DNA of 64,000 nt from an uncultured Verrucomicrobia subdivision 3 bacterium (GCA_903917705.1 CAIXBQ010000103.1:36889-100888); one strand, 5' to 3'. Shown: positions 34,201 to 42,721, counted from the stretch's first letter. Program-made: numbers and translations. The notes: generated from the letters alone by a model not told the origin.

Positions 34201-35503
34201 CGTAGGCACCCGCATCCGTTGGTTGCACATTGTTCAATGTCAGCGTCGCATTGGTCGCGTTGTCCAGATTCGTCCCATTGATGCTCCATTGATAGCTCAT
34301 CGGCTGCGAACCGTAGGCGCCCACGGTGAAGGCGGTCGCATAACCCGCCACCACCGCCTGGCTAACCGGCTGGCTCGTGATCGAGGGCGGCGTCGCAGGG
34401 AAGATAGTGGTGTTGAACAAGACCGAAAGCGTATTGGCTCCATAGTTCCCACTGATCAAATCCACCCGGCCATCGCCATTCACATCCGCAGCCGCTACGG
34501 TTCCAGGAGCGCTGCCCACGCTTACCGTAGCCGCCAGCCCGAAGGCGCCACTCCCGTCGTTCGTCATCACCGAGAGCGTATTAGTGGTTCCCACATTTGC
34601 GGTGATGAAATCCAGCTTGCCATCCCCGTTTACATCCGCCGCCGCGATCCCGTTTGGCTGGGTGCCGACTGGATAGGAGCCCCGCAGCGCAAAACCGCCG
34701 GAGCCATTATTTGTGAACACATTGATCGTGGAGTTATTATTGTTTGCCGTGATCAAATCCACCTTGCCATCGCCATTGACATCCGCCGCCTTGACCGCAA
34801 CCGGGTAGCCTGCGGCATAGGTGCCACTTAAACCAAAAACGGCGTTGCCGTTATTCGTGAACACCGAAAGAGTGCTGTCACCACTGTTCGCGGAGATCAA
34901 ATCCATCTTGCCATCGCCGTTGACATCGGCCGCCGCGATCCCGCCGGGTGCGCTGCCTGCGCCCAGCGTCGCAGCAAGCAACCAGCCACCGTTCCCATTA
35001 TTCGTAAACACCGTGAGCGTGTTGGCGTCATAGTTCGCGGAGATCAAATCCATCCTGCCATCGCTATTGACATCTGCTGCCGCGACCCAACCTGGCCGGC
35101 TACCTGATCCGGCTGACAGTGTCGCCGCGAGCGCAAAGCCGCCGCTCCCGTTGTTGGTGAACACCGAGAAAGCGCTGCCCCCGGGGGCAGCGTTCCCGGC
35201 GAGTATATCCATTTTGCCATCGCCGTTGACATCCGCCGCTGTGAGTCCTGAGATTCCAATGCCTGAACTCAACGTTGCCGCCAGCACAAACCCACCACTG
35301 CCATTGTTCGTCAAAACCGACACAGTGTTGGCGGCATAGTTCGCGCACATTAAATCCATCTTCCCATCGCCGTTGATATCCCCCGACACGACCCCTTGAG
35401 GTTGGCTACCCACGCCCGGTGAGGATGAAAGTGTAAACGTGACTTGGGCCTGAAGTTGGAAAGTGACGACCCCAAAAATGATAAATGATAGAATTTTTTT
35501 CAT
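31205..35503 (-). CDS. 1432-aa secreted multidomain protein: 7 FG-GAP/VCBS repeats, 4 Ig-like modules, a central jelly-roll-like domain, 2 cohesin-like domains and a dockerin-like segment
   Basis: Signal peptide MKKILSFIIFGVVTFQLQA. Seven D(I/V)N(G/S)DG(K/R)(M/V/L)D motifs (aa ~25-365, nt ~34409-35431). Ig-like modules carry the Y(Q/H)W..NG...ATN.TLTL motif (aa 372-541 and 814-987). Cohesin-like GNTITIPVMM...VGYDPAKLVL (aa 990-1127) and GQIINVPVQL...VGYNPSQLTL (aa 1225-1358). Confidence 0.8.
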   Translation of the reverse strand: MKKILSFIIFGVVTFQLQAQVTFTLSSSPGVGSQPQGVVSGDINGDGKMDLMCANYAANTVSVLTNNGSGGFVLAATLSSGIGISGLTAADVNGDGKMDILAGNAAPGGSAFSVFTNNGSGGFALAATLSAGSGSRPGWVAAADVNSDGRMDLISANYDANTLTVFTNNGNGGWLLAATLGAGSAPGGIAAADVNGDGKMDLISANSGDSTLSVFTNNGNAVFGLSGTYAAGYPVAVKAADVNGDGKVDLITANNNNSTINVFTNNGSGGFALRGSYPVGTQPNGIAAADVNGDGKLDFITANVGTTNTLSVMTNDGSGAFGLAATVSVGSAPGTVAAADVNGDGRVDLISGNYGANTLSVLFNTTIFPATPPSITSQPVSQAVVAGYATAFTVGAYGSQPMSYQWSINGTNLDNATNATLTLNNVQPTDAGAYAAFISNGYGQTNSTNAILTVLTVPPTIAAQPANQSVQAGGTASFTVTATGSKPFTYQWNCNGTDIADATNATLTLTNLQMSQAGNYAVSVTNAYGSTVSSNAALAVLLTLDHFAWSPIASPQAASQPFGVTLTAQNVNNVTVTNYTGALSLQASSAGVITNSGAILNGGFETGTLTNWTLVNSTYGKFITNNGTVIPPGASGALAPFAGSFSALGQETGSGVFYMYQDVTIPSGVSVATLNWAHCVRNYYSSFNSFQGFQVRICNTNNTVLATAFTTSPGNVLLGNWVQTNYNLTAYAGQKVRVMFWVDESYSYIDAYVDNVSLQLPANLPLSPTNTGNLVNGAWNGSITLTQPATNVVLLANDGSGHTASSNPFNVLALPVITAQPQNQTNLLGTTATFNVTAGGTAPYTYQWSWNGTNLIGATNSTLILPNIQLTQAGDYAVLVTNPVGATNSGAATLTVVLPPTITQQPQSLSVLSYNSAGFTVAATGTGPLTYHWRKNGTPLVDGANISGSTTTNLTLASATIGDAGNYDVVVSNAYATTNSAAAVLTLQQTVLALGSTNAMSGNTITIPVMMTAVGFENAFMGSVGYDPAKLVLQSVQPGLATAGAYLQEVDSQTNNGFVGFAILLDTGAVIPAGTQEVARLTFLALSVTNSTTANLTFGDLPTGRQVWDNNLDSMPAIYQSGSISLIPAEYAADVYPRTNGDHQVSVQDWLEVGRMVAGLDVVTNSDEMLRADCAPRNAPDAILTVADWVQAGRYALGLDPLTLVTLPVAPNLVAVPHGGQTPARTLQIASLPAQRGQIINVPVQLVCTTNENAVGMTVGYNPSQLTLLNVSLGSAIPSGRLNVNSNQLTGKVGVALALSPGASLAAGTNQVAVLRFATATNASGSATLTLDNNVARLQVADKLANALSTAYVNGAVVLPPQPVMALSSVTRSGMQLSWQLDAGTFQVQGADSLLGPWTTLVLPLTTNGANVSVTVPITTAQHLQFFRLLGQ

Positions 35504-35757
35504 AATTTACTCCAAATTATTGTAGATACCGTTGCGTGACTGTGAAGATTCGAATGACTCTGATCCCGGTCGGTCGTGGCTGTGGAATGCGCCCGAAGCC
35601 CATAAAGCCACTGTTGCCGGCTGCCCAAACCATTAAATTAACGGCCCTTACACTCACGATACTATTACGAACATAAATAAGCCGCCGTGTCAACTATTTT
35701 TTGATCTTGCTTTCATGCCCGCAGTGACGGGGTTTGGATTGGTCGGCCCTCAATCCA

Positions 35758-35786
35758 TTGACGCTTCTTTTTCAACCAGCTAACTT
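35758..35786 (+). promoter_or_regulatory. Sigma70-like promoter candidate TTGACG-17 nt-TAACTT, only 7 nt before the rmlD-like ATG
   Basis: Hexamers at 35758-63 and 35781-86 with a 17-nt spacer. Would imply a leaderless or near-leaderless mRNA. Confidence 0.3.
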
Positions 35787-35793
35787 TGCGCGC

Positions 35794-36663
35794 ATGGAAA
35801 AAATTCTCGTCACCGGCGGCGATGGGCTGCTGGCGCATCAACTAAAAACCATCGCACCGGCCGGTTTTGAATTTTCATTTCTAGGCCGGGCGGAATTCGA
35901 CCTGACCCAAAAGGAATTGATGGCGCGGCGGCTGGCGGAACTGCGGCCGCAGGCGGTCATCAACACGGCCGCCTACAATCTGGTGGACCGCTGCGAAATC
36001 GAGCGCGACCTTTCCTGGGCGGTCAATGCCACGGGACCGGAAACGCTCGCCAGCCTGTGCGCGGAAAAAAACATCCGGCTGGTCCACTACGGGACGGACT
36101 ATGTTTTCGACGGCGCAAAAAAATCGCCCTATTCGGAGGCCGACGCGCCCCATCCGCTGAACCATTACGCCGCCGGGAAATCCGCGGGCGAGCAGGCGGT
36201 GCTCCGGGCCTCGCCGGAGCATCTGGTGCTGCGCACGAGCTGGGTGTTCGGCTGGCATCCGACGCAGACGAAATCCTTTGTCCACACGATTTTGCGGGCC
36301 GCGCGCGAGGGCCGCGCCTTGAAATCCACCACCGACCAGATTTCCGTCCCGACCTTCGCCCCGGATCTGGCGCAGTGGACCCTGGAACTGCTGCAGGGGA
36401 ATGCCGGGGGATTGTTCCACGCGGTCAACGATGAAGGCGTCAGCCGGTTTGACTGGGCGAAAATCATTCTGGAGGAAGCGGCCGGGGCCGGGCTGATTCC
36501 CGCCGCCCCGCCGGTTGAGCCGGTGCTGAGTTCGTTTTTCAACGCCACCATGCGCCGGCCGGATTACACGGTGCTCGACAACGGGAAACTGGTGAAGTCG
36601 GTGGGGCATCCCGCCGGGTCATGGCGCTCCGGCCTGAAGAAAATGCTCGCCCAGATGAAATGA
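35794..36663 (+). CDS. rmlD: dTDP-4-dehydrorhamnose reductase-like NDP-sugar 4-ketoreductase
   Basis: Start taken at MEKILVTGGDGLL (the ORF track starts at 35734). RmlD pattern: INTAAYNLVDRCE, HYGTDYVFDG and NHYAAGKSAGE. Confidence 0.75.
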   Translation: MEKILVTGGDGLLAHQLKTIAPAGFEFSFLGRAEFDLTQKELMARRLAELRPQAVINTAAYNLVDRCEIERDLSWAVNATGPETLASLCAEKNIRLVHYGTDYVFDGAKKSPYSEADAPHPLNHYAAGKSAGEQAVLRASPEHLVLRTSWVFGWHPTQTKSFVHTILRAAREGRALKSTTDQISVPTFAPDLAQWTLELLQGNAGGLFHAVNDEGVSRFDWAKIILEEAAGAGLIPAAPPVEPVLSSFFNATMRRPDYTVLDNGKLVKSVGHPAGSWRSGLKKMLAQMK

Positions 36664-36684
36664 TTTTGGGTAGTCTTCGCAAAC

Positions 36685-37200
36685 ATGTCCACTGTCTGGC
36701 AACCAGTTGAAGTTCGCGGAATTGTTGAGATTCCCGGGCTGCCGGGCGTGCGCGTGGAGGCGCTGCCGGTTTTCAAGGACGCGCGCGGCAGCCTGCATGA
36801 GCTGTTCCGCGTGGACGAAATCCCCGCCGGCTTTCAGCCGCTGATGGCCTGTTCCTCGTGGTCGCATCCGGGCGTGACGCGCGGGCCGCACCAGCACGTG
36901 GGGCAGGACGATTATTTCACGTTTGCCGGGCCATCCGATTTCACGGTTTATCTCTGGGATGACCGCCCCGGCGCGGCCGGCCCCGCCAAGGGCTGGTTCA
37001 TCAACACCGGCGAGCAGGCGCCGACGCGCATCCATGTCCCGCGCGGCGTGGTCCATGCCTATCGCAACACCGGAAGCGCTTTTGGCCTCGTGGTGACCGT
37101 CACCAGCCTGCTGTTCAAAGGCGCCGGCCGGCGCGATCCCGTGGATGAAATCCGCCACGAACTGAATCCGAATTCACCCTACCAACCCCCACCGATATGA
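36685..37200 (+). CDS. RmlC-like cupin (NDP-4-keto-6-deoxyhexose epimerase/isomerase family)
   Basis: FKDARGSLHELF, TRGPHQH and VPRGVVHAYRN in a cupin-sized protein. Confidence 0.65.
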   Translation: MSTVWQPVEVRGIVEIPGLPGVRVEALPVFKDARGSLHELFRVDEIPAGFQPLMACSSWSHPGVTRGPHQHVGQDDYFTFAGPSDFTVYLWDDRPGAAGPAKGWFINTGEQAPTRIHVPRGVVHAYRNTGSAFGLVVTVTSLLFKGAGRRDPVDEIRHELNPNSPYQPPPI

Positions 37201-38444
37201 TCCAAGAACGCACCCATTGCCGCACCTGCGGCTCGAAAAACCTCAAGCTCATCCTCGACCTCGGCAAGACGGCGCTGGTGAATGATTTTCTCAAGCCGGA
37301 GGAAGTGGCCAATTACAAAATCTCCCTGCCGCTGCGCGTGGTGCTTTGCCCGGACTGCTCGCTGGTGCAGCTTGGCGACACGGTGGATCCCAAAATCCTC
37401 TATTCGCACTACGCGTACGTCACCTCCACCTCCAAGACGATGGATACGCATCTGGACAACATGATGTCGCACCTGCTGGCGACGGCCCGGCTCGGGTCCG
37501 GCTCGAAGGTGCTGGAGATTGCGTCGAACACCGGCGTGTTCCTGAAAAAGTTCAAGGAGCAGGGCTGCGAAGTGCTGGGCGTGGAGCCGGCCGGCAACAT
37601 CGCCGATGTGGCCCTGGCCACGGCCATCCCTACGCGCAAGGAATTTTTCAACGCGGCCACCGCGAAAAAGCTGCGGGCCGAGTGGGGCGCGGCGGATCTG
37701 ATCATGGGTCGCCATGTGTTCGCGCACATCGACGACCTGCGCGACCTGGTGGCAGGGCTGGAGGCGATTTCGCATGCGGACACCCTGATCGCGTTTGAGG
37801 TTCCGTACGTGGTGGACTTCTTTGAGCACACGGAATACGACACGATTTATCACGAGCATCTGTCCTACATTTCCATCCGCGCGGTCGAGGCGCTGGTGAA
37901 GGATTCGGCGTTTATGGTGTCGCGCGTGGATCATTATCCCATCCATGGCGGCTCGATTTTATTCCATCTGCGGCATCGTTCCTCCAAAGCCGTGCCGCAT
38001 GCGAGCGTGGCGGCGGCGCTGGAAAAGGAAAAGCAGATGAAGCTGGCCGAGCCGGCGACCTGGGAGGCTTTCGCGCAGCGCGTGAACCACATCCGCACCG
38101 AACTGCCCGCGCTGCTGCGCAAATTGAAGGCGCAGGGCAAGCGCATCATCGGCTACGGGGCGTCGGCGAAGGGCAACACGCTGCTGAACACCTGCGGCCT
38201 GAGCACGAAGGAACTGGACTACATCATCGACAACACGCCGTTCAAGCAGAACAAGATCGCGCCCGGCTCGTGGATCCCGGTGCGGCCGCCGGAAATGCTG
38301 CTGAAGGACCAGCCGGATTACGCGCTGCTGCTGGCGTGGAATTTTGCGCCGGAAATCATCAAGCGCGAGACGGAATTCCAGAAGCGCGGCGGCCGTTTCA
38401 TTGTGCCGATACCGGAGCCGAAGATTGTGGAGCCGGCGGCGTAG
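37197..38444 (+). CDS. NDP-hexose C-methyltransferase-like SAM-dependent methyltransferase (TylCIII/C-methyltransferase family)
   Basis: N-terminal 4-Cys zinc ribbon (CRTCGS...CPDCSLVQL), a class I SAM fold (VLEIASNTGVF) and a C-terminal C-methyltransferase-type domain. The start overlaps the upstream stop (ATGA). Confidence 0.7.
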   Translation: MIQERTHCRTCGSKNLKLILDLGKTALVNDFLKPEEVANYKISLPLRVVLCPDCSLVQLGDTVDPKILYSHYAYVTSTSKTMDTHLDNMMSHLLATARLGSGSKVLEIASNTGVFLKKFKEQGCEVLGVEPAGNIADVALATAIPTRKEFFNAATAKKLRAEWGAADLIMGRHVFAHIDDLRDLVAGLEAISHADTLIAFEVPYVVDFFEHTEYDTIYHEHLSYISIRAVEALVKDSAFMVSRVDHYPIHGGSILFHLRHRSSKAVPHASVAAALEKEKQMKLAEPATWEAFAQRVNHIRTELPALLRKLKAQGKRIIGYGASAKGNTLLNTCGLSTKELDYIIDNTPFKQNKIAPGSWIPVRPPEMLLKDQPDYALLLAWNFAPEIIKRETEFQKRGGRFIVPIPEPKIVEPAA

Positions 38445-38480
38445 GGAAAAGGGGCAAAGCGAAAATCGGAAATATAAAGA

Positions 38481-38630
38481 GTTGGCAGTCGTCAGTTGGC
38501 AGTTGGCAGCAAATGCGGGACCAACGGACCGCGGACCGGGACCAAGACCTGAAGGGGGCAAAGGGGAAAGTGGAAAGGGGGCGTGCGAAGAGGGCGGGAG
38601 GCAGGAGGCAGGAGTTAGGAGTTTGGAGCG
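38481..38630. repeat. Chain of stuttered words in a convergent spacer
   Basis: GTTGGCAGTCGTCAGTTGGCAGTTGGCAGC; GGGACCAACGGACCGCGGACCGGGACCAAGACC; GGGGAAAGTGGAAAGGGG; GGAGGCAGGAGGCAGGAGTTAGGAGTTTGGAG. Confidence 0.85.
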
Positions 38631-38724
38631 AGAAGGGGCAGGCCCAGGACCGCAAAGCGGCTAGAATTGCACAAACCTCAAAATGGCCGGGAAGCGGCCG
38701 GTGTGGCAACGGTTCGCCAATGTT

Positions 38725-39834
38725 TTACTCGGTGCAGAGGGACTGAATCTCCGGGGCAGAGAGCGCCCGGTTGTAGATGCCAATCTCGTCCATCGCTCCT
38801 GAAAACACGCTTCTCGGATTGGCCACGGAGCCGTAAGTTGTCCGGGCACCAAACAGTAAATAAGGAAAGCTCGTTTGAGGAACTATGCTTCCGACGTTCG
38901 CCTGCGCTTCTACGGTTCCGTTGAGATACAACGAGGCTGCCCCGGATGCTTTATCATAGGAGAAGGCAACATGTTGCCAAATGCCAGGAATCAACAGGTC
39001 CGGTCGTGAAACAAATGTATGGCCGGTTCCGTTGTCAGCATCCAGAACATTGGCACACAGGTGCCACCCGCCTGATCCATCAACTTGTTGTATGGTAAAA
39101 TCGATCCCGACATCTGAACCATTCGCTGTCCCAAGTATTCTCTCATATTCAGCAATGATGGTCTCCGTTATTGATGTTGCCGGCTTAAGCCACGCTACGA
39201 TGGTAAATCCGTCTCCCGCCCCGATGTTCAAGACTGGTTTGGTGGGAACGAGCAGAAAGGCTCTACCCCGACTAAATCTGGCATCCGGGAACCCGGTGCC
39301 CCTGCCACTTTCATTCAGGCTGAATGCCTGACCAACTTTGCCCGGGGTGAAACCGGCCCCGTTGACCAGTTGCCCGTGGCAACCGCCCACGCTGTCTTCG
39401 GCGTTGCCCTCGCCCGACCAGAGCGCCACCAGACCTTCCAGCGTCCGGCCCGGATGCCCCGGGGCGGATACCGACAGATGCCGGATGGCAGCCACCGGCA
39501 ACTCCACTTTGCCGAAGCCGGTGATGACGCGCAGTTCGGAATTCACGAACCGGACGGTCAAGACGTCGCCATTGGCGGTTGTCAATTTTGCCGAGTTGGT
39601 CGCGCCAAACTCAACAGTTCGCATGTCTTTCACCGCCAGTTTCAATTCGCCCAGAAGCAATGATTGAAATTTGAACGTGTCTTCCGCGGTTTGCCCGACA
39701 ACCCGCGAGCCGTCCCGCAGATCAATGGTCAGCCGGGCGGCGGATTCCTTGGAGTCGGCGGGAGCCGCCGGGACGGAATGGAGGCCAAACGCAAAGATAC
39801 AAAACGCGCAGAGATAACCCAGAAAGCCTTTCAT
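38725..39834 (-). CDS. Secreted LamG/concanavalin-A-like lectin domain protein
   Basis: Signal peptide MKGFLGYLCAFCIFAFGLHSVPA. The C-terminal half has LamG-type features: WQHVAFSYD, LYLNG and the terminal MDEIGIYNRALSAPEIQ. Confidence 0.7.
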   Translation of the reverse strand: MKGFLGYLCAFCIFAFGLHSVPAAPADSKESAARLTIDLRDGSRVVGQTAEDTFKFQSLLLGELKLAVKDMRTVEFGATNSAKLTTANGDVLTVRFVNSELRVITGFGKVELPVAAIRHLSVSAPGHPGRTLEGLVALWSGEGNAEDSVGGCHGQLVNGAGFTPGKVGQAFSLNESGRGTGFPDARFSRGRAFLLVPTKPVLNIGAGDGFTIVAWLKPATSITETIIAEYERILGTANGSDVGIDFTIQQVDGSGGWHLCANVLDADNGTGHTFVSRPDLLIPGIWQHVAFSYDKASGAASLYLNGTVEAQANVGSIVPQTSFPYLLFGARTTYGSVANPRSVFSGAMDEIGIYNRALSAPEIQSLCTE

Positions 39835-39906
39835 AATGGTTTGAATCTGTGTCCGGCCGCCCGGACAGTCAAGCGGATTAAGCCATTTTAGTCACAGATG
39901 GCTACA

Positions 39907-39940
39907 AAACAGAGGTCAGAGATCGGAGGTCAGAGGTCAG
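39907..39940. repeat. Second copy of the GAGGTCAGAG module (about 32/35 identical to 27796-27830)
   Basis: AAACAGAGGTCAGAGATCGGAGGTCAGAGGTCAG, preceded by TTAGTCACAGATGGCTACA, a partial CACAGATG module. Confidence 0.9.
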
Positions 39941-40036
39941 CAAACCATGAAAGCGGAAAGTGTGTGCCACACGGGCAACCCCTAAAACACGAAAGCAGAA
40001 ATTCACTACCAAGGGGCGAAAATGCTAAGAACACGG

Positions 40037-40068
40037 ACAACTGACAACTGACGACTGACGACTGACGG
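40037..40068. repeat. 7-bp stutter ACAACTG x2, ACGACTG x2
   Basis: Read directly. Confidence 0.9.
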
Positions 40069-40201
40069 CTATAACGAACTCAAAACTTGAAATCCGAAAC
40101 TCCCAAGGGACTGCGGTCTGGGTTTATTTCGGATTTCCGTTTTGGTTTTGCTCCGGTAAAGTTCGCGGATGTCATCTGTCCGTCCCAACTCCGGCGAAGC
40201 C

Positions 40202-41269
40202 ATGAAGCAGGTCGTGCTGCTGGTGGGCATCGGCAACAATGACCGGGGTTCCGCGCAACTTGCCTCCGCCTTCGGCCGCGCGGTGCTGATGCAGGATGCC
40301 TACATCGAGCATCGGGAAATCTGGGAGCGGGGCCAGCGGGTGTTCAACGGCCCGGAAACCAAAATCCAACAGCCCCGCCTGGTGGGGGAGCTGACCTTCG
40401 GGCTGTTTTCCGCCTTGCGGATCCTGAAAAGATACCGCGCGGACATGGCCGGACAATCCTGCGACCTGGTCATCACGAGCGCCTATGTCCAGACCGTGGT
40501 CGGCCTCTGGCTGCGGGCCACCGGCAAAACGCGCAAGGTGGTCTGCGTGATCTCCGATTACCTGCCGCCCCGGGGCCGGCTGATCGTGCGGATACACCGC
40601 CGCATCACCGGCGGGCTGACGCGGCTGGTGGCGCGGCTGGCCGATGAAGTCTGGGCGGTTTCGCCGCGGATTCCGACCGCCCGGGCCAACCCGCGGAATT
40701 TCGTCATGCCGTTGCTGATTGACAACAACCGCACGCTGCCGGACGGTCGCGATGAGATCGGCTACATCGGGTTTCCCTCGCCGGACCATGCGCTGGACGT
40801 GCTGTTTGAGATCTGCCGCAAGCATGGGTTCAAGCTGAATGTGTTCGGGGATTCACCGTATCTGCAGTCCATCCGGCCGCTGGCGCCGCCCGGCACGGTT
40901 TTTCACGGGATCACCAACGACAATGTGAAGATCGGCAGCGTGCTCGCGCGCTGCTTCTGCGGCTATGCGGTGTATCGGGACACCAGCCCGAACAGCTACA
41001 GCCACTACGGGATACCGTCGAAGTGCCTCCAGCTTTTTGCGAGCAACGTGCCGGTGGTGACGACCAACACGGCGCATTTCACCCAATACATCGCGCAGTC
41101 CGGCGCGGGCTGCGTGGTGGAGCCGGCACCGGCGGAAATTGAAAAAGCCGTGCTCGACATCCGGGCGCGCTTTCCCGTCTATTACGAGGCCATCAACCGC
41201 TTTCGCGAAACCTGGAACGCCGGCGTGGAAAAATTTCATCACGAGCGAATCGGCGGGTTATTGAAGTAA
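40202..41269 (+). CDS. Putative divergent GT-B-fold glycosyltransferase
   Basis: Start taken at MKQVVLLVGIG. The C-terminal GIPSKCLQLFASNVPVVTTNTAHFTQYIAQSGAGCVVEP resembles the GT4 donor-binding region with the acidic residue substituted. The assignment is weak. Confidence 0.45.
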   Translation: MKQVVLLVGIGNNDRGSAQLASAFGRAVLMQDAYIEHREIWERGQRVFNGPETKIQQPRLVGELTFGLFSALRILKRYRADMAGQSCDLVITSAYVQTVVGLWLRATGKTRKVVCVISDYLPPRGRLIVRIHRRITGGLTRLVARLADEVWAVSPRIPTARANPRNFVMPLLIDNNRTLPDGRDEIGYIGFPSPDHALDVLFEICRKHGFKLNVFGDSPYLQSIRPLAPPGTVFHGITNDNVKIGSVLARCFCGYAVYRDTSPNSYSHYGIPSKCLQLFASNVPVVTTNTAHFTQYIAQSGAGCVVEPAPAEIEKAVLDIRARFPVYYEAINRFRETWNAGVEKFHHERIGGLLK

Positions 41270-41395
41270 CTCTCAAGATAGATTGGGGTGGTTGTTATCA
41301 TTCTTCAAGTTGGGAATACGTAGCCTCAAATGGTCATAATATTGATTAATGTTTTGTTTTCTAACGTCGATGCGGCATAAAATCTGAGCATAAAT

Positions 41396-42415
41396 ATGAA
41401 AGTCAGTGTTGTCATAGTCACCTATAATAGTGCGCCATTTCTTCCTCGCTTGTTCGAGTCGATTCGGAACCAGACAGCCTTTGATGATTTGGAGGTGATC
41501 GTCATGGATAATGGATCTTCTGACGATACGGTGGCGTTATGTCGTCAGCTTTCGGCGGCGTGGCCGAGAGCCGCCCGGATCGAGCCGCGCGGGCAAAACT
41601 TTGGTTATGCCGTTTCGTCGGAGGCTGGTGTAAAACTTGCGACCGGCGAGTATATATTAAATTCAAACGCGGATACCTGGCTGGAGCCGGATTGTCTTGA
41701 AAAACTGCTTTACGCCATAGAGGATGCCAAGGCTGCGTCCGCGTGTGCCACCGAGGCAGAAATGGATTCAAACAAGACAGCTGCTCCATCTCCTGGCGGC
41801 TTTGACATTTTTGGGCGGCCAACCTGGACTGAATTAGTGCCCAACACCCGCTCGGATTCTCGCCAATGGGACTTTTGTTTTATGGTTGCGGGAGCAGCGT
41901 TTCTGACCCGTCGTGATGTTTGGAATCAACTTGGAGGTTATGATTACAAACATTTCATGTATGCCGAGGATGATGACATTTCGTGGAAGCTCTGGCTGGC
42001 TGGCTACCAGAACATTTCCGTCAAAAGTGCCATTGTGCATCATCGCTCCGGCCGAGGATGGGAAATAAAGGAATTCACTCGTTATCTCGTAAACCGGAAC
42101 AGCCTGATCGTGGTGCTCAAGAACGCGCAGCATATATTGCTGCTGTGCGCCTTTCTGCAAGTTCTGATGTTGATCGGTGAGGCAATGCTGTTATTGGTCA
42201 TCAGCCGGAGGTGGAAATTCGTCTGGAACAGCTATTTCAAGGCCATCATTGACGCTTTCAAAATGTGGCGACATATCCTTGAAAAGAGAAAATTCAACCG
42301 TCGGATCCGGCACCGTTCGGATTGGGCCATGGCCCGGATGTTCCTACGGTTCCGCATCAATCGATGGGATAGGGTTAAAGACTTTTTCAAGGGCAAGCGG
42401 CCCGTGGTGAAATAG
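41396..42415 (+). CDS. Glycosyltransferase family 2 (low-GC gene)
   Basis: VSVVIVTYNSAPFL, VMDNGSSDDT and NADTW/EDDD motifs. 41401-41460 is 27/60 GC. Confidence 0.8.
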   Translation: MKVSVVIVTYNSAPFLPRLFESIRNQTAFDDLEVIVMDNGSSDDTVALCRQLSAAWPRAARIEPRGQNFGYAVSSEAGVKLATGEYILNSNADTWLEPDCLEKLLYAIEDAKAASACATEAEMDSNKTAAPSPGGFDIFGRPTWTELVPNTRSDSRQWDFCFMVAGAAFLTRRDVWNQLGGYDYKHFMYAEDDDISWKLWLAGYQNISVKSAIVHHRSGRGWEIKEFTRYLVNRNSLIVVLKNAQHILLLCAFLQVLMLIGEAMLLLVISRRWKFVWNSYFKAIIDAFKMWRHILEKRKFNRRIRHRSDWAMARMFLRFRINRWDRVKDFFKGKRPVVK

Positions 42416-42619
42416 ATCCCAGACCTCCCGCCCTTTTGGCGGGTAGGGTGGGAAGATTCGTGTTTCTGGTAAGCGAGTGGCCCCGCGAGCCGCGCCTTAC
42501 GGCGGGTCACCTTGGGGGAACCGGCTCGCGAGTACGCTCCCCCACCGCACCTGGTGGATGGCCACCTTCAGGCAATCCTAGCCCGCCGTGGGTGAGGCAT
42601 GGCAACCGGACGGCTCGGT

Positions 42620-42649
42620 GGTAGGGACGGCACGCAGCGCGCCGTCCCC
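42620..42649. repeat. GGACGG/CCGTCC hairpin module, copy 3, in inverse orientation
   Basis: GGTAGGGACGGCACGCAGCGCGCCGTCCCC, compared with the reverse complement of 31082-31111 (GGTAGGGACGGTCGCGCTGCGCCGTCCGGG). Confidence 0.75.
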
Positions 42650-42721
42650 ACCGACTCCGGTTTTCGGGTCAAACCCCGTGTGCGACGTGATTGACTTGCG
42701 CGGGGGAAAGCTTATTTTGTC

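Noticed and set aside
42416-42721. Fur box or known riboswitch upstream of feoA
   Set aside because: There is no match by eye to the GATAATGATAATCATTATC-type Fur consensus or to riboswitch cores I know. The region is kept only as an unexplained structured leader.
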